Shown here: positions 23,482 to 35,075 of the stretch, piece after piece
Layout of the letters: each line of letters starts with the position of its first letter
How positions within the stretch are numbered: position 1 is the stretch's first letter
NCBI RefSeq assembly: GCF_001194135.2
Contig: NC_069002.1
Coordinates: 17,968,072 to 18,017,148 of the forward strand
DNA from: Octopus bimaculoides
Taxonomy: Eukaryota
DNA: 49,077 nucleotides
Reading direction: 5' to 3'
Made by a program: the position numbers and the translations under genes
The notes under the pieces: generated by a model
What the model saw: the letters and a program-made list of their open reading frames with translations, nothing else
What the model was told of the DNA's origin: nothing
The model's database searches: none

Positions 23482-23937
23482 AGGTTTATACATACATGCA
23501 TACATGCCTACACCCAACCATACACATGTACTCCAATATTGTGCTTTCATTGACTTGTTTTTCCATGTCTGTGCCTACTTAGCCCTTTTCTTGACTCAGC
23601 GCATGTCAGATGTCATTTCAAATTGTGGAATGCTGATCATACTCTATGCACCTTTGCTTCTAGACACAACTTGTCTCTGTAAGACCCCCAGGATGGTCTT
23701 GGTAAATATAGAAAAAGTTTACCTATCTCAGCATGCAGCATATCACTCATGATTTGTTGACTTGTTTACCCACAGCAAATGGCCATGACACACTAAACCT
23801 CTGCAATCCTTTTAAGACACTTACCACAGCATGTACACCTGTCAGAAATTTTTCCAATATTGAATGTTCTTCAATTTTCACACAGTGCTATTTTTCATAT
23901 CAATCTTTTGTCAACAAATTACCTGGAGGGAGACTGA

Positions 23938-24315
23938 TGTAGCAAACAACTATCAAATACCTAAGCCAGAATTTATGAGAATAAGCTGACCTCTTGATCT
24001 TTCTTGAGACATTCGTCATCAAATCTGATTAGTAAGAATTCCTTTAATTACGCAAGACCTAATTTAGTTATGAAGAAAATAAACATGTGAAGCTAAATAG
24101 CTGTCTTTCTCTTTGGGTCAAAGAGCAACTCTTTCAATATGCTGATCAATGCATGAGAGTAGATCTGTCACCCTCTCTACTTACTGAGACTGTATTACTC
24201 TGTTTCTGTTGAGTAGTCACTGAGAGATGAAGCTAGCTGCCATCCACAATGGACATGGAACTAAAGACAATTTACTACACTAACAAAGAAACAAAAGAAG
24301 TTGTATTTTCATACA
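23938..24315 (+). repeat. LTR-like dispersed repeat, copy 2
   Basis: TGTAGC...CATACA; homologous to 21072-21537 with internal deletions. Confidence 0.7.
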
Positions 24316-24440
24316 AGATGCGTTCAAAAAGTATCTGATCTTTGGGCGTAAAAAAACAATTTTGTACATTTCACAAATTTTATCTAACTACCTTCAAAAC
24401 ATTCCCCTTGGAAGTTTACACACTTCTCCCACTTCTCTTT
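24312..24440 (+). mobile_element. mariner-like 5' terminal fragment
   Basis: TA|CAAGATGCGTTCAAAAAGTATCTGA resembles mariner TIRs; followed by TTCCCCTTGGAAG..TACACAC. Confidence 0.4.
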
Positions 24441-24539
24441 GGACATTATTCTGTCCTCTAAAATTCTTAAGTTTTATCTTCCCAAGACATTAGGCAGATT
24501 CGTGATAGAGAGTGAAAATGCTTCTTAAAATATAATCTA

Positions 24540-24984
24540 GTGGCAATTAAAACGCTAAAAAATGCAACATCCAGAATCAACATTGTTAAAATCTCAAATC
24601 TATTGTAATTGTATTCGCATTTAGGATGCTTGATGGGAATATAAATTCATCTCAATATACAACTACTATTTTATTTATCGTTCCGGAAATATGACAGAAC
24701 CTATTTTTGTAAGCGTTTCACAGTGTTTATATAAATTTAATTTTATTCATTTTAATATAAGTTAAAGATATAATAAATCAATAGGATCATATGTTAATTT
24801 TTATTTCTTCAATCTAGACTAGTTCTGTCTTCTTGAAAATATCTACAAAAGAACAAACAAACAAGAAGATTTAATTTTCGTTTTCCGGCCGAAAAGTGTT
24901 TCGGAATTTATGTCTATAATTCGAGAAAGTTCCTTTCATTACTCCTGACAGGAGAGTTAGAAAGAAGTCATCTACGCTGGAAGC
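24540..24984 (+). promoter_or_regulatory. Probable nudC promoter/5' UTR
   Basis: Immediately upstream of the nudC ATG; CpG dinucleotides retained relative to flanks; CCGGAA-type motif near 24683; no TSS can be fixed from sequence. Confidence 0.4.
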
Positions 24985-25068
24985 ATGTCGATTGAATTGA
25001 AAGAGCCGGAGAAATTCGATGGAATATTGCTGGGTATGGCTCAGCAATGTGAGCAAGGGGTGCCAGAG
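24985..25068 (+). CDS. nudC: nudC exon 1 (MSIELKEPEKFDGILLGMAQQCEQGVPE)
   Basis: ATG at 24985; translation matches the NudC N-terminus (human ERFDGMLLAMAQQHEGGVQE); donor GAG|GTAAAA, phase 0. Confidence 0.95.
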
Positions 25069-25740
25069 GTAAAAATCTATTACTATCTCTTTACGGGCTT
25101 ACTTTTAATGAAGACTTATTCCTAGTATTGTGACAACGAGAGCTTTCAATTGAGGCCACTCTTAAACGAAATCGTCTCGTTAAAAAAAAACAAGTTCCTA
25201 TATTCAATATTTGTTTTCTTATATCCTAATATTTCTTATATCGAATCTTAAAAATTTCTCATTCAAATTTACTTATGCGAAAATAAGTTATAATATTACC
25301 GTTAAAAATGTTGGAAATTGAAACCTGACAAAATTAAAGTAGGTGACTTAAAAACGATTGAGTTGAGTCGTATTTTTTCCTCCGATTACATCAATTTTAT
25401 TTTGTCATATATATATATATATATATATATATGAATGAGAGAAGATGGATTGAAATATATATATATATAATACATTATATATGTATATAAATTTTCTCCG
25501 ATTTCAACGACATGTTCAAACTTGTTGATGGGCTAATTTTATATGTAGTAAAATAACGGGTTACAGTTTACAATATTACCCGGAAACGAAAAAGAAAAAA
25601 AGATAATTATCTTTTTGTTTAATCCCAAGCCAGCTCTTACTGGCCAGATGCATATAATCAACAGTGTTCCAGTCTCTATCAATCTATCTTAAAAATAGAG
25701 TATTGTAGTTCGGTTGAAGCATTGTGTATTTGTAAAGTAT

Positions 25741-25950
25741 AAAAAGTTTTGAATGATACTACAATGCACTGTAATACAAACGATAGGATATATACCTGTT
25801 ATTCTAAGATATTCTTCAGATATTCTAAGAATATCTGAAGAAGGAATTTTATTCCGAAATATCGTATCAGACTATGGATGACTAAATTACAACAGGTATA
25901 GAGCCCATTATTTGTATTAAAGTGCATTGTTGTACCATTCAAAACATTTT
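25741..25950. mobile_element. Foldback/MITE in nudC intron 1 with internal 14-bp perfect hairpin and hammerhead-like core
   Basis: ~60-bp imperfect inverted termini (TTTTGAATG.TAC.ACAATGCACT.TAATACAAA...TATACCTGTT); stem 25812-25825/25829-25842. Confidence 0.75.
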
Positions 25951-26479
25951 ATTCTTTACTATCTTAAATTTTTTTTTCACATCTAGGACTGTATAATTCA
26001 ATGTTTCCTTCCTATTTTCTTAGGCTGAATTCCTTAGACTTCACGCGGTTGCAGCATTCAACCTACATATCCGGTTTAAGGATAGCTTGCTTTTTCTTTT
26101 CCTGCTATAAACGTCGGAAGTCCTGAAAAAACACGTGTCATGGGCACTCTGTATCCCTTTTAACTAAACAGGGTGAGGAAGGAGGATAAAAATATAAATA
26201 CATTGAGTTGTGATTTGAGGACGAGTTACAGAGACCACGTAGTGGGTACCCTCGTTATGGTAGATTGGAGAAGGACGAGAGACGAGGGCAGAATTATAAT
26301 TCATGTTGTATGAAATACAGGAATATTAAATAGGGAAAGAAACAAAAAAAACCCAACAAATTCTTTGCTGTTTTCCTCTCCCCTGTGTTAGTAGTAGCTA
26401 TTCCAAACTCCACTGAATTTGTAACCTCATGTTTGAATCTGGCATTTGGTGGTAGTATTTCTGGAGCACCCCTTTCAAT

Positions 26480-27085
26480 GTGTTTGAGTTTCTCTTCTGT
26501 ACCATTTCTGATGAAGTAGCAAGATGAACGTAGCTGTTCTTCTTTGCGTCTCCGGCAGCGATGTAGGTTCATCTGGTATCTCAGAAATTTGTCTTTGAAG
26601 ACATCCACATCTACACCTTGCAAATCTTGGAGGTTGTTTGGCAGAATGAGGTCTTTGGTTCTATACAGTGCTATCCAGTTTATTGATTGGTATAACTGGA
26701 TCTTCCATATGTATACCACTACATATCTTTCATGTCTTGAAAAGACTCAAGAGGTTAAGACTTTACTCCTTGGAATGAAGGCAGGAAAGATCTGCTGCAA
26801 TATACATCTGGAAAATCCTGGAAGGACTTGTCCCAAACTTTGAAAGTTATACAGATGCCAGAACAAGGTGCCATTGCATAGTGCTTAAAATCCCTTCCCT
26901 GCTGTCAAAGTACAGGACCAGATACTGCAATAGCTTGGGATTTAAAGGCCCACAGCTCTTCAGTATCCTGAAAGAGCTGAGAGACCTACATGGTGTGTTT
27001 CCTATTGTTAAGAGTCCCAGATGAGCCAACTTCATAGCAGTAAGTGGGAATAAGGGCAGCAGCATCAAACTCCGTCATTCACCAA
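26480..27085. mobile_element. Two CR1-clade LINE 3' fragments back to back (minus ~26480-26760, plus ~26775-27085)
   Basis: Plus: IYIWKILEGLVPNF...SKYRTRYCNSLGFKGPQLF..L.DLHGV; minus: VYIWKI...LQDLQGVDVDVFK. Confidence 0.75.
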
Positions 27086-27200
27086 ATTAGAACATATAAG
27101 TTTGCAAGTGATGCAAAGTAGAGCTACTGAAGTGTTTTGGGAGTAAATTATGGATAATGTCTACAAAATATAGTCTTTTTACATGAAAACGAAATTTCTT

Positions 27201-27422
27201 TGGCACATAAAAGACACCATTTCGAGCGTGGCCGTTTTCATGCGGGTGACACGTAAAAGCACCCACTACACTCTGAGTGGTTGGCGTTAGGAAGGGCATC
27301 CAGCTGTAGAAACTCTGCCAAATTGGATTGGAGCCTGGTGTTGCCATCCGGTTTCACCAGTCCTCAGTCAAATCGTCCAACCCATGCTAGCATGGAAAGT
27401 GGACGTTAAACGACGACGATGA
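27201..27422 (+). mobile_element. Short RTE-tail SINE in nudC intron 1
   Basis: CACATAAAAGACACCATTTCGAGCGTGGCC...GGACGTTAAACGACGACGAT; near-identical reverse complement at 36642-36851. Confidence 0.9.
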
Positions 27423-28237
27423 GAAACAGCCACATAAATGGTGTAATGAAATTGAAGGAAAACGATGAAACTTCCCCTCTGTGAGTTAATTTTTTTTAAC
27501 AGCAAAGGGAGCAATTTTTTTGGAGAGATAAGCTAACAAAAGCCCCTTTATTCTGTCTTCCTACATAGCCTGCGGATAAACTAACAGCGAATGCTGCATA
27601 AAGTTAAATTGGTATGGAACTTTCTGAAAGAGACGTATAGCTTTTGCTAGTGGAAGCAAAACTCTTATTTAAAGGTTGATTCTTTGGGATGAATCATGTG
27701 ATTGTTTAAAAAAGGTGAGAACGACAATGCTAAAACGTATTTGAAACAATGGTCAACAGTCGAAATGTCAGATAGGTAAATAAGCATCCTTAAAGTGAAA
27801 CAACGCATTGGTAGGTAAATAAAGGTATCAACAAATAGAAGAGAGAGAAGGGAACATCACCTTTCAAGGTGAAGGTAAGCTTGTTGAAGTTAAATGCAGT
27901 TTAAATATGGAGATTAAGATTGCTTGGTATTGGATATTCATTGCGTACAATGTTTCTAGTCAAATTAATTACTGTGGCAGGTGGACAGTCAAAATAAATA
28001 GACAAAATCCTTTCACTTTCTTAAAAAGATTAAAAAAGTATGGAAGACACTACATACAAAAATAACTATGTCCATTTAGGTCCATTTATGTGGGAGCTCT
28101 GGGCAAAATATTTAGAGCATGACCATCCTTGGGACATAAGTAAAGTGTGTGTAAAGTTTGGTGAAAATTGGTTGGAAATTGTGGAAATGTATGTATTAGA
28201 CATTATACAAGCACATACTGTGACTTACATGTACTAG

Positions 28238-28274
<37 letters not shown>

Positions 28275-28838
28275 NNNNNNNNNNNNNNNNNNNNNNNNNN
28301 NNNNNNNNNNNNNNNNNNNNNNNNNNNNNNNNNNNNNNNNNNNNNNNNNNNNNNNNNNNNNNNNNNNNNNNNNNNNNNNNNNNNNNNNNNNNNNNNNNNN
28401 NNNNNNNNNNNNNNNNNNNNNNNNNNNNNNNNNNNNNNNNNNNNNNNNNNNNNNNNNNNNNNNNNNNNNNNNNNNNNNNNNNNNNNNNNNNNNNNNNNNN
28501 NNNNNNNNNNNNNNNNNNNNNNNNNNNNNNNNNNNNNNNNNNNNNNNNNNNNNNNNNNNNNNNNNNNNNNNNNNNNNNNNNNNNNNNNNNNNNNNNNNNN
28601 NNNNNNNNNNNNNNNNNNNNNNNNNNNNNNNNNNNNNNNNNNNNNNNNNNNNNNNNNNNNNNNNNNNNNNNNNNNNNNNNNNNNNNNNNNNNNNNNNNNN
28701 NNNNNNNNNNNNNNNNNNNNNNNNNNNNNNNNNNNNNNNNNNNNNNNNNNNNNNNNNNNNNNNNNNNNNNNNNNNNNNNNNNNNNNNNNNNNNNNNNNNN
28801 NNNNNNNNNNNNNNNNNNNNNNNNNNNNNNNNNNNNNN
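28275..28838. other. Assembly gap in nudC intron 1
   Basis: Run of N after (TA)n. Confidence 0.99.
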
Positions 28839-28847
28839 AGCCTGTCG

Positions 28848-28888
<41 letters not shown>

Positions 28889-29053
28889 ATATGTTTGTGT
28901 GTCTGTGTTTGTCCCTGTAACTTAGCGGTTCGGCAAAAGACCGATAGAATAAGTACTAGGCTTCCAAAGAATAAGTCCTGGGGTCGATTTGCTCGACTAA
29001 AGGCGGTGCTCCAGCATGGCCACAGTCAAATGACTGAAACAAGTAAAAGAAAT
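28839..29053 (+). mobile_element. SINE 3' half (head probably in the gap)
   Basis: Reverse complement of 14939-15110. Confidence 0.8.
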
Positions 29054-29400
29054 AGAAAATATATGCACTCACACACACAAGGTTGTTCGTCTAATAAAAA
29101 CACCTAGTCTGTTTTCCTGGTTCATTCAGAGAGGTATGCCAATGTAAGTTAGAGTTATCCTTGAAAGAGAATTTCATTATTGCTAGTATCATAATAAACA
29201 AGTGTCATCAAGCCTGCTCAGTGCTTGATGATAGAAAGGGCCTAGGACTTGCACACCAATGCCTCCAAGTCTGTTCCCAGTAGCAAGTATTTTACTAAGA
29301 TGTTTTTATGACATTAGTCTTCTAATCTGATAGCATTGTTTCCTCCAGACTGCTTTAAAAACAAAATTAATCAGAAATCTTTTTTTTTCTTTCTTGACAG

Positions 29401-29472
29401 TTGATGGATTACTTTTTCCATTTTCTCGTCCGAAAAACAGATTTTTATAGTCAATCAGAAACTGCTGAGAAG
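29401..29472 (+). CDS. nudC: nudC exon 2 (LMDYFFHFLVRKTDFYSQSETAEK)
   Basis: Polypyrimidine tract + CAG acceptor; FF.FL.RKTDF NudC motif; donor AAG|GTTTGT; 72 nt, phase 0-0. Confidence 0.95.
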
Positions 29473-30319
29473 GTTTGTATGAGATTATTTTTGGAATTCA
29501 TTTGAAGTAATTTTACATATTGTAGTGGTATTAATTTCACTTCCCAATGCTAAGGTCTTGGGTTTGACTCCATTGAAAGGCAGCTTGGGGCAAGTGTCTT
29601 TAGTGTAAGCTCTGGTTGATTCAAGCTTTATGAACGAAATTAGATTGAAGGAAACTGCATGAGAACCCTTCAGATGCATTATACATCTTTGATTGGTCTG
29701 ATCATATATATTATGTCATCCTGATTTGCATTAAGGACACTCATGCCTGTGGAATACTCAGCCATGTTAATGAGTCTGAAATATATACAGCTGATAGAAC
29801 AATTGAATGCTCATTGTTGAAATTGATGGAGAATCCATCATGTACTGGTATGATCAGCAATGTCAGCTTTTTACTGTTGTCTCGCTTATTGAGACAATGA
29901 TAACAGTTGAGAGATAACTCTGATTTTCATTTTTCAGTTTTTATTATAGTTTTCCAATTTAGTATCACTATGAATTTTTGAAAGTATTTTTCTTGGAGAG
30001 CATCAAAAAAGAAACATTTTGGTACCTTATTTGTGAAATTTGAATGACTACTTTAGGAAATATGTCAACTTGAATGCTCAATGAATTGGTGGAAATGTTG
30101 CCTAATTTGGCACTAGAGCATCAGATTAGATACCTTGTGGTATTTGTTTCATCTCTTTGTTATGAATTCAAGTTAAGCAAGAGGATGGACCCATATGAGC
30201 AGATTGCGAAAAGGTTCAAGTCTTTCTCAGAATTGATGAATAATTCAGAATTTGATGAGAACAGTATCAAACTTATAATATCGCATTGCAAAGACAAAAC
30301 TCTTTTTTTCTGTTTTTTG

Positions 30320-30460
30320 TAGCAACAGTTTTGTCATATGATGGCTTCTTTGCAATGTCATTTTCTAGAGACAATATGAATAAGGAATTTAAGCGCTCTT
30401 CAGTTATGGTAGACCAAAATTTATTCTTAACAAAAGAAAGCTTTGAAGAACTCCTTTCTT
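30320..30460 (-). mobile_element. hAT transposase C-terminal dimerisation-domain fragment
   Basis: ERSSSKLSFVKNKFWSTITEERLNSLFILSLENDIAKK matches the hATC motif ERSFSKL..IK..LRSTM.QERL..LAILSIE. Confidence 0.8.
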
Positions 30461-30676
30461 GGCTTGAGAAGGGAGGACGCCCAAAACCAGGCAAGATGGT
30501 GTGAAGGCGGTGGCTATGGCATTGAGGTAGATCTGGTCACCCCTGTTAACAGGGACAAAACTCGGATTTAAAGCACATGATGATGATGAGTACTGGAGTT
30601 GATGTAATTGACTGGTCCCTTCCATTCAAATTTCAGGTTTTGTACCAAAAGTAAAAAGAATTATTATTATTATTAA

Positions 30677-30888
30677 GGTGGCCAGCTGACAGAATCGTTA
30701 GCATGCTGGGCAAAATGCTTAGCGGCATTTCGTCTTTCTTTATGTTCTGTGTTCAAATTCTGCCGAGGTTGACTTTGCTTTCATCCTTTCGGGGTTGATG
30801 AAATAAGTACCAGTTGAGCACTGGGATTGATGTAATCAACTAACTCTCTCCCCACAAATTTCAGGCCTTGTGCCAATGGTAGAAAGGT
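30677..30888 (+). mobile_element. tRNA-head SINE with Meta-domain-like core
   Basis: GGTGGCCAGCTGACAGAATCGTTAGC head, GTTCAAATTC B-box-like, TTTCATCCTTTCGGGGTTGATGAAATAAGTACC core; flanked by (TTA)n. Confidence 0.8.
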
Positions 30889-31186
30889 TTATTATTATTA
30901 TTATTATTTAAATTAAAATCCAGAAAATGGAGAAGTAGCATTAATATAATTTATTAACTGCAAATATTCAACATGTTCTCTTACAGCAGTTTTGATTTTG
31001 CCCAAAAGAATTAAATTCTAGTAATTAAAACATTTTATTAGGCAAAATCTCGTCAGGGGTAAAAAAGACATATCGTTAGGTTATTACGTGTTATTCTTCC
31101 AAAACATATTTTCTATCCCTTAAGGTGGTTATTGTAACCTCTACTTAAATTATTTACTACTACTACTACACATTGTTTCATTGTAG

Positions 31187-31402
31187 ATGGTGATGGAGAA
31201 ATTTAATTATTATAAAACCAAGAGCATCTACTATCAAGATGAAAAGAAACAAAAGGCTGAAGAGAAGAGGAGAGCTGCTGAAGAGAAAAAGAGAGCCGCT
31301 GAAAGAAAGGCTAAGGAGGCGGCAGAAAAAGCAGCAAGGGAGTCCAAAGTGAAAGAAATCACTGATGAAGAAGCGGAACAACTACAGAAGGAAATAGACA
31401 AT
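31187..31402 (+). CDS. nudC: nudC exon 3 (MVMEKFNYY...KVKEITDEEAEQLQKEIDN), charged coiled coil
   Basis: TAG acceptor at 31185-86; KEITDEEAEQLQKEID matches human KELTDEEAERLQLEID; donor AAT|GTATGT; 216 nt. Confidence 0.95.
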
Positions 31403-32407
31403 GTATGTAAAATTTAATCTTTAAGCTGTTGTGTGGTTAAGAAGTTTGCTGTGTAACCACATGCTTCAACACTTGATTCCACTGTGTGGCACCTTGGGCA
31501 AGTGTCTTCCATTGTAACCTTATGTTGACTTTAATAGATACAAACCATGCATAAATCTGCCAGATGTCCTTAAGTTTGTTTTAATCATTACAACCCTGGT
31601 CATGCTGGGTTAATGTGCATGTGTGTGGAGGAATGGCTATGTGGTTACAATATTTGCTTTGCAACCACATGTTTTTGGGCTCTATTTACTGTGTGTTAAC
31701 TTAAGCAAGTGTCTTCTACTATAGCCCTGGGCCAACCAAAGCTTTGGTTTTGGTAAATGGAAGTTGGAAATAATGCAGTGTGTGTGTGTCTCATGTCTTT
31801 AGATAAGAAACCCACTGGCTATCTGCTACAGCAGGGCCTGGATAGACACTGACATTCTATATATATCATTGATGGGGAAATTGGCTACTATGTCCCTGCT
31901 GGACGTCTGTCATTGACAAGCCCAAGGAAAGGCCAAATCATGGGATGTAGCAGATGGTTATTGTCGTTGGCTTTATCTTGTATCCAAGTATTTTTTGCTG
32001 AACGCTTCCTTTATGGCGATGGCGTTGATGACTAAGTAGACCCGTTCTTTCATAGAAGAGTTGATGGCATTGACTGCATGGCAGTCTGGGTGGCAAACAA
32101 AGTTGATTTTGTCGAGCCTTTCTCTCCTGTCGTTTGATTTTGTCCTTTTTTTATTCTGATGGCTTCAAAGTTTTTGGTTCTAATGGTGATGGAATGCCAT
32201 CACTTGGTACAGTCTCAGGCTTGTGTTTGAAACAATTTAGGCTCAATATAGCACTTATAAATATATACACACACACACACACACACACATATATACACAC
32301 ACAAATATATATATACATATATATATACACACACAAATATATATTTATATGCATATATCTACATATATCCACACGTACATAAAAATATATATATAAATAC
32401 ACACAAA

Positions 32408-32465
<58 letters not shown>

Positions 32466-32467
<2 letters not shown>

Positions 32468-32628
32468 CACAGGAGAGGCTGTGTAGTAAGTAGCTTGCTT
32501 AACAACCACATGGTTCCGGGTTTAGTTCCACTGCGTGGCATCTTGGATAAGTGTCTTCTACTATAGCCTCGGGCCAGCCAAAGCTATGAGTGAATTTGGT
32601 AGGTGGAAACTGAAAGACGCACGTCCTA
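32466..32628 (+). mobile_element. SINE 5' head (tRNA-derived)
   Basis: GGCACAGGAGAGGCTGTGTAGTAAG...GGTTCCGGGTTTAGTTCCACTGCGTGGCA; same family as 40821. Confidence 0.8.
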
Positions 32629-32630
32629 TA

Positions 32631-32815
32631 TCTATAATATAAACCCCGCTCTGTCTGTGTGTGCATATAAAACGATTATAACGGCTGTATTTTTTAATTG
32701 ATTTTCTCCAAACTGGAATGTAAACACTGCACATTCCTAGGATACGTTGACAAGGGAGGTAACTCTTTGCGAAGTAACTTTCCGAAATTTTTTATCCATC
32801 GGTCAAAAAATTATC
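32631..32815 (+). mobile_element. Possible Helitron 5' end
   Basis: A|TCTATAATATAAACCCC...CTGTCTGTGTGTG resembles Helitron 5' TC termini; no 3' hairpin/CTAG found. Confidence 0.3.
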
Positions 32816-32824
32816 ATCAAAAAT

Positions 32825-32962
32825 TATCAAATTTCAATGATATAATTGTATGTTTTTAGAATGACACAGGGTAAGTGTGAGATGCCAGATCTGGCCAGTT
32901 TGAACATAAAACAAGTAGAATATTTGGGCTGAATATGGATGGTTTAAATGCTAAAGGGTTAA
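32825..32962 (-). mobile_element. piggyBac-type MITE, partial copy (intron 3)
   Basis: Ends AATGCTAAAGGG|TTAA; reverse complement of the start of 34272-34496. Confidence 0.75.
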
Positions 32963-33480
32963 ATTGTTACATCCTTTGATTTACCCAACTGTTGTGAGTC
33001 ACTTTCAATTTTTTTAAATATCTATTTATAAGTCTGACATCCTCCCCAAAGGCAGAGTTATCTCTTGTTTAATTTTTTATCATCAAAGTAACCTAACCTA
33101 AATACTGGCTATTTTATGATGCGTGTTAGGGTTCTTGGAAATTGCTTGTATTTAACTGCCGTTTTCATTTTGTGGGTGTTTCCTATAATTTCAATGTGCT
33201 TAAATTACCACCTTGATGGGTTTAGAAGATCCCCAACAACAACAACAAGAATAACTATTTCAAAAGCTCAACACAACACATGACTTGGTTTTAAAGGATT
33301 GCATCCAATATAGGACATAATTTTAGTGTTTAAAAAAAAAAAAATTTCAGATATTTCTGTAATTAGTGATAATTTTCAAGTTCATGGTTTTACTGGTGTA
33401 TTTCAAATTGTTCTGTGTTAATTCTTTTCTGATATTTAGTTTTTGTCATTAAAATTAAAATTTTTGTATTTTCCTTATAG

Positions 33481-33528
33481 CAAAAGAAAAAAGTAACTAA
33501 TGGGGATGAAAGCAAAACTGATGAAAAT
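33481..33528 (+). CDS. nudC: nudC exon 4 (QKKKVTNGDESKTDEN)
   Basis: TTTTCCTTATAG acceptor, AAT|GTAAGT donor, 48 nt in frame; position corresponds to the variable linker exon of NudC. Confidence 0.85.
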
Positions 33529-34271
33529 GTAAGTTATTTTTCCTAATCACTCTTTTCATTCTCTTTTCTGTTGATTTGCAATGTTTGATTTCTATACCTT
33601 GCCATTACTGAGTTAGTCCACAAAATTTATCAATAAAGTACCTCTAACAGCATAATTGATAGACTGGAGCACAAACTGATATTTAGAAGCTGAAGATGAT
33701 ATTTCAAAGATTTTCAGCATTACCCGAAAAGAAAATATATTCTAGATTTAGCAATGTGTTAGCTCTACTTGATTCTTTTAAAACTCTTTCAAAGCTGAAA
33801 TATTACAAATTCAACAGATTCTGGTCTCCTTTCCCTGCAATATATCATTGCTAATCATAAATAACCTCTATAATAAAATGTTTGACTTGCTGCTACTTGA
33901 AGTTTCTAAGTGAGACTTGGAGCAGCTTGTATAAAACAAAGCAACAACAATGTAAATGATAAGTTCCATTAGTATCTCACTTTTATCTTTAACTTTCATC
34001 AGCTGTTTGCTGTTGTTTTGTTGAAATATTCCCTGGTAATAGATGAAGTCTATCATGTGATGTGATATTTATATAAACACCATTTCACATCCATACCACT
34101 TTAATCATATCTTTCCAGTTTTATTCATCTGTCTCCATTATCACCAATGTTACTAACAAACCTCTTTTTAGCCATTCATCTGATGATGGTTCTTTGAATG
34201 GTATTATCTCAGAGAGCATGTGTTTTGATTATTTTCACTGTATTTTATTAGAAATGTTATCAAGAAAAGAA

Positions 34272-34496
34272 TTAACCCTTTAGCATTCAAACCAACCATA
34301 TCTGGCCCAAATACTCTTCCTGTTTTATGTTCACATCAGCCAGATCCCATCTTTTACACCTACCCTACAATGTCATTTTAAAAATAAACAATTATATCAA
34401 AATTCTTGAAGCTCTAAGATAATGCATGATTAATGAAAAGAATGTGAATAAATAAGCAATACAATTGACAGAGTGATCTGAGTGCTGAAGGATTAA
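34272..34496 (+). mobile_element. piggyBac-type MITE (intron 4)
   Basis: TTAA|CCCTTTAGCAT ... GTGCTGAAGGA|TTAA; TTAA at both ends. Confidence 0.8.
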
Positions 34497-34695
34497 TGCT
34501 AATTCCTAGCAGTGTTTTAGAAAATAATTTCAGATTAAACTGAAAATTCATATAGAGAAGTTAGCATTTTATGTATGAGAAAAGTGATTAAAATAGCTGT
34601 CAAAATGTGATTTAATTTGAATTGAATTCACTTCCATAAATCTTGAAAATAAAATTTTGATGCTTTTCTTATTTTCCTGTGTTTCCTGAACCCAG

Positions 34696-34821
34696 GATGA
34701 TATGGAAGGAGAACATGAAGAAGGAGAAGATAAAGTAAAGAGTGACAAAATGAAACCAAATGCTGGTAATGGAGCTGACTTGCCAGATTATAAATGGACA
34801 CAAACACTTGCTGATATAGAG
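34696..34821 (+). CDS. nudC: nudC exon 5 (DDMEGEHEE...[25 protein letters not shown])
   Basis: CAG acceptor; KPN.GNGADLP.Y.WTQTL motif at start of the CS/p23 domain; donor GAG|GTGAGA; 126 nt. Confidence 0.97.
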
Positions 34822-35075
34822 GTGAGAAAATAACCATTTAAAATTTGATTTTGTCTGTAGGGTTTATAATAGTTTATTTATTTTCTTCTTTACATAATCA
34901 ATTGTTTAATCCCAAATAAATATAATCTGAAATTATTTTCAGGATTTACAAGCTTAGTTTTCAGTCTGTAATTCAATTCTTCTATATCATGTAGCTGATG
35001 TTTTTATTAAACAATATACATAATTCTTACTCTTAGAATTCTCTACAGCACATGCCTTGTAGCTTTTTCATTATG

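Noticed and set aside
28168-28920. 250-aa ORF
   Set aside because: Artefact of reading through the N gap.
30677-30760. tRNA gene (also the SINE heads at 32466, 40821 and 43415)
   Set aside because: A/B-box-like heads continue into SINE bodies and do not fold into a full cloverleaf.
33688-33720. CTGAAGA-TGA-TATT-TCA as a hammerhead
   Set aside because: Followed by AAGA rather than GAAA; no helix III or cleavage triplet.
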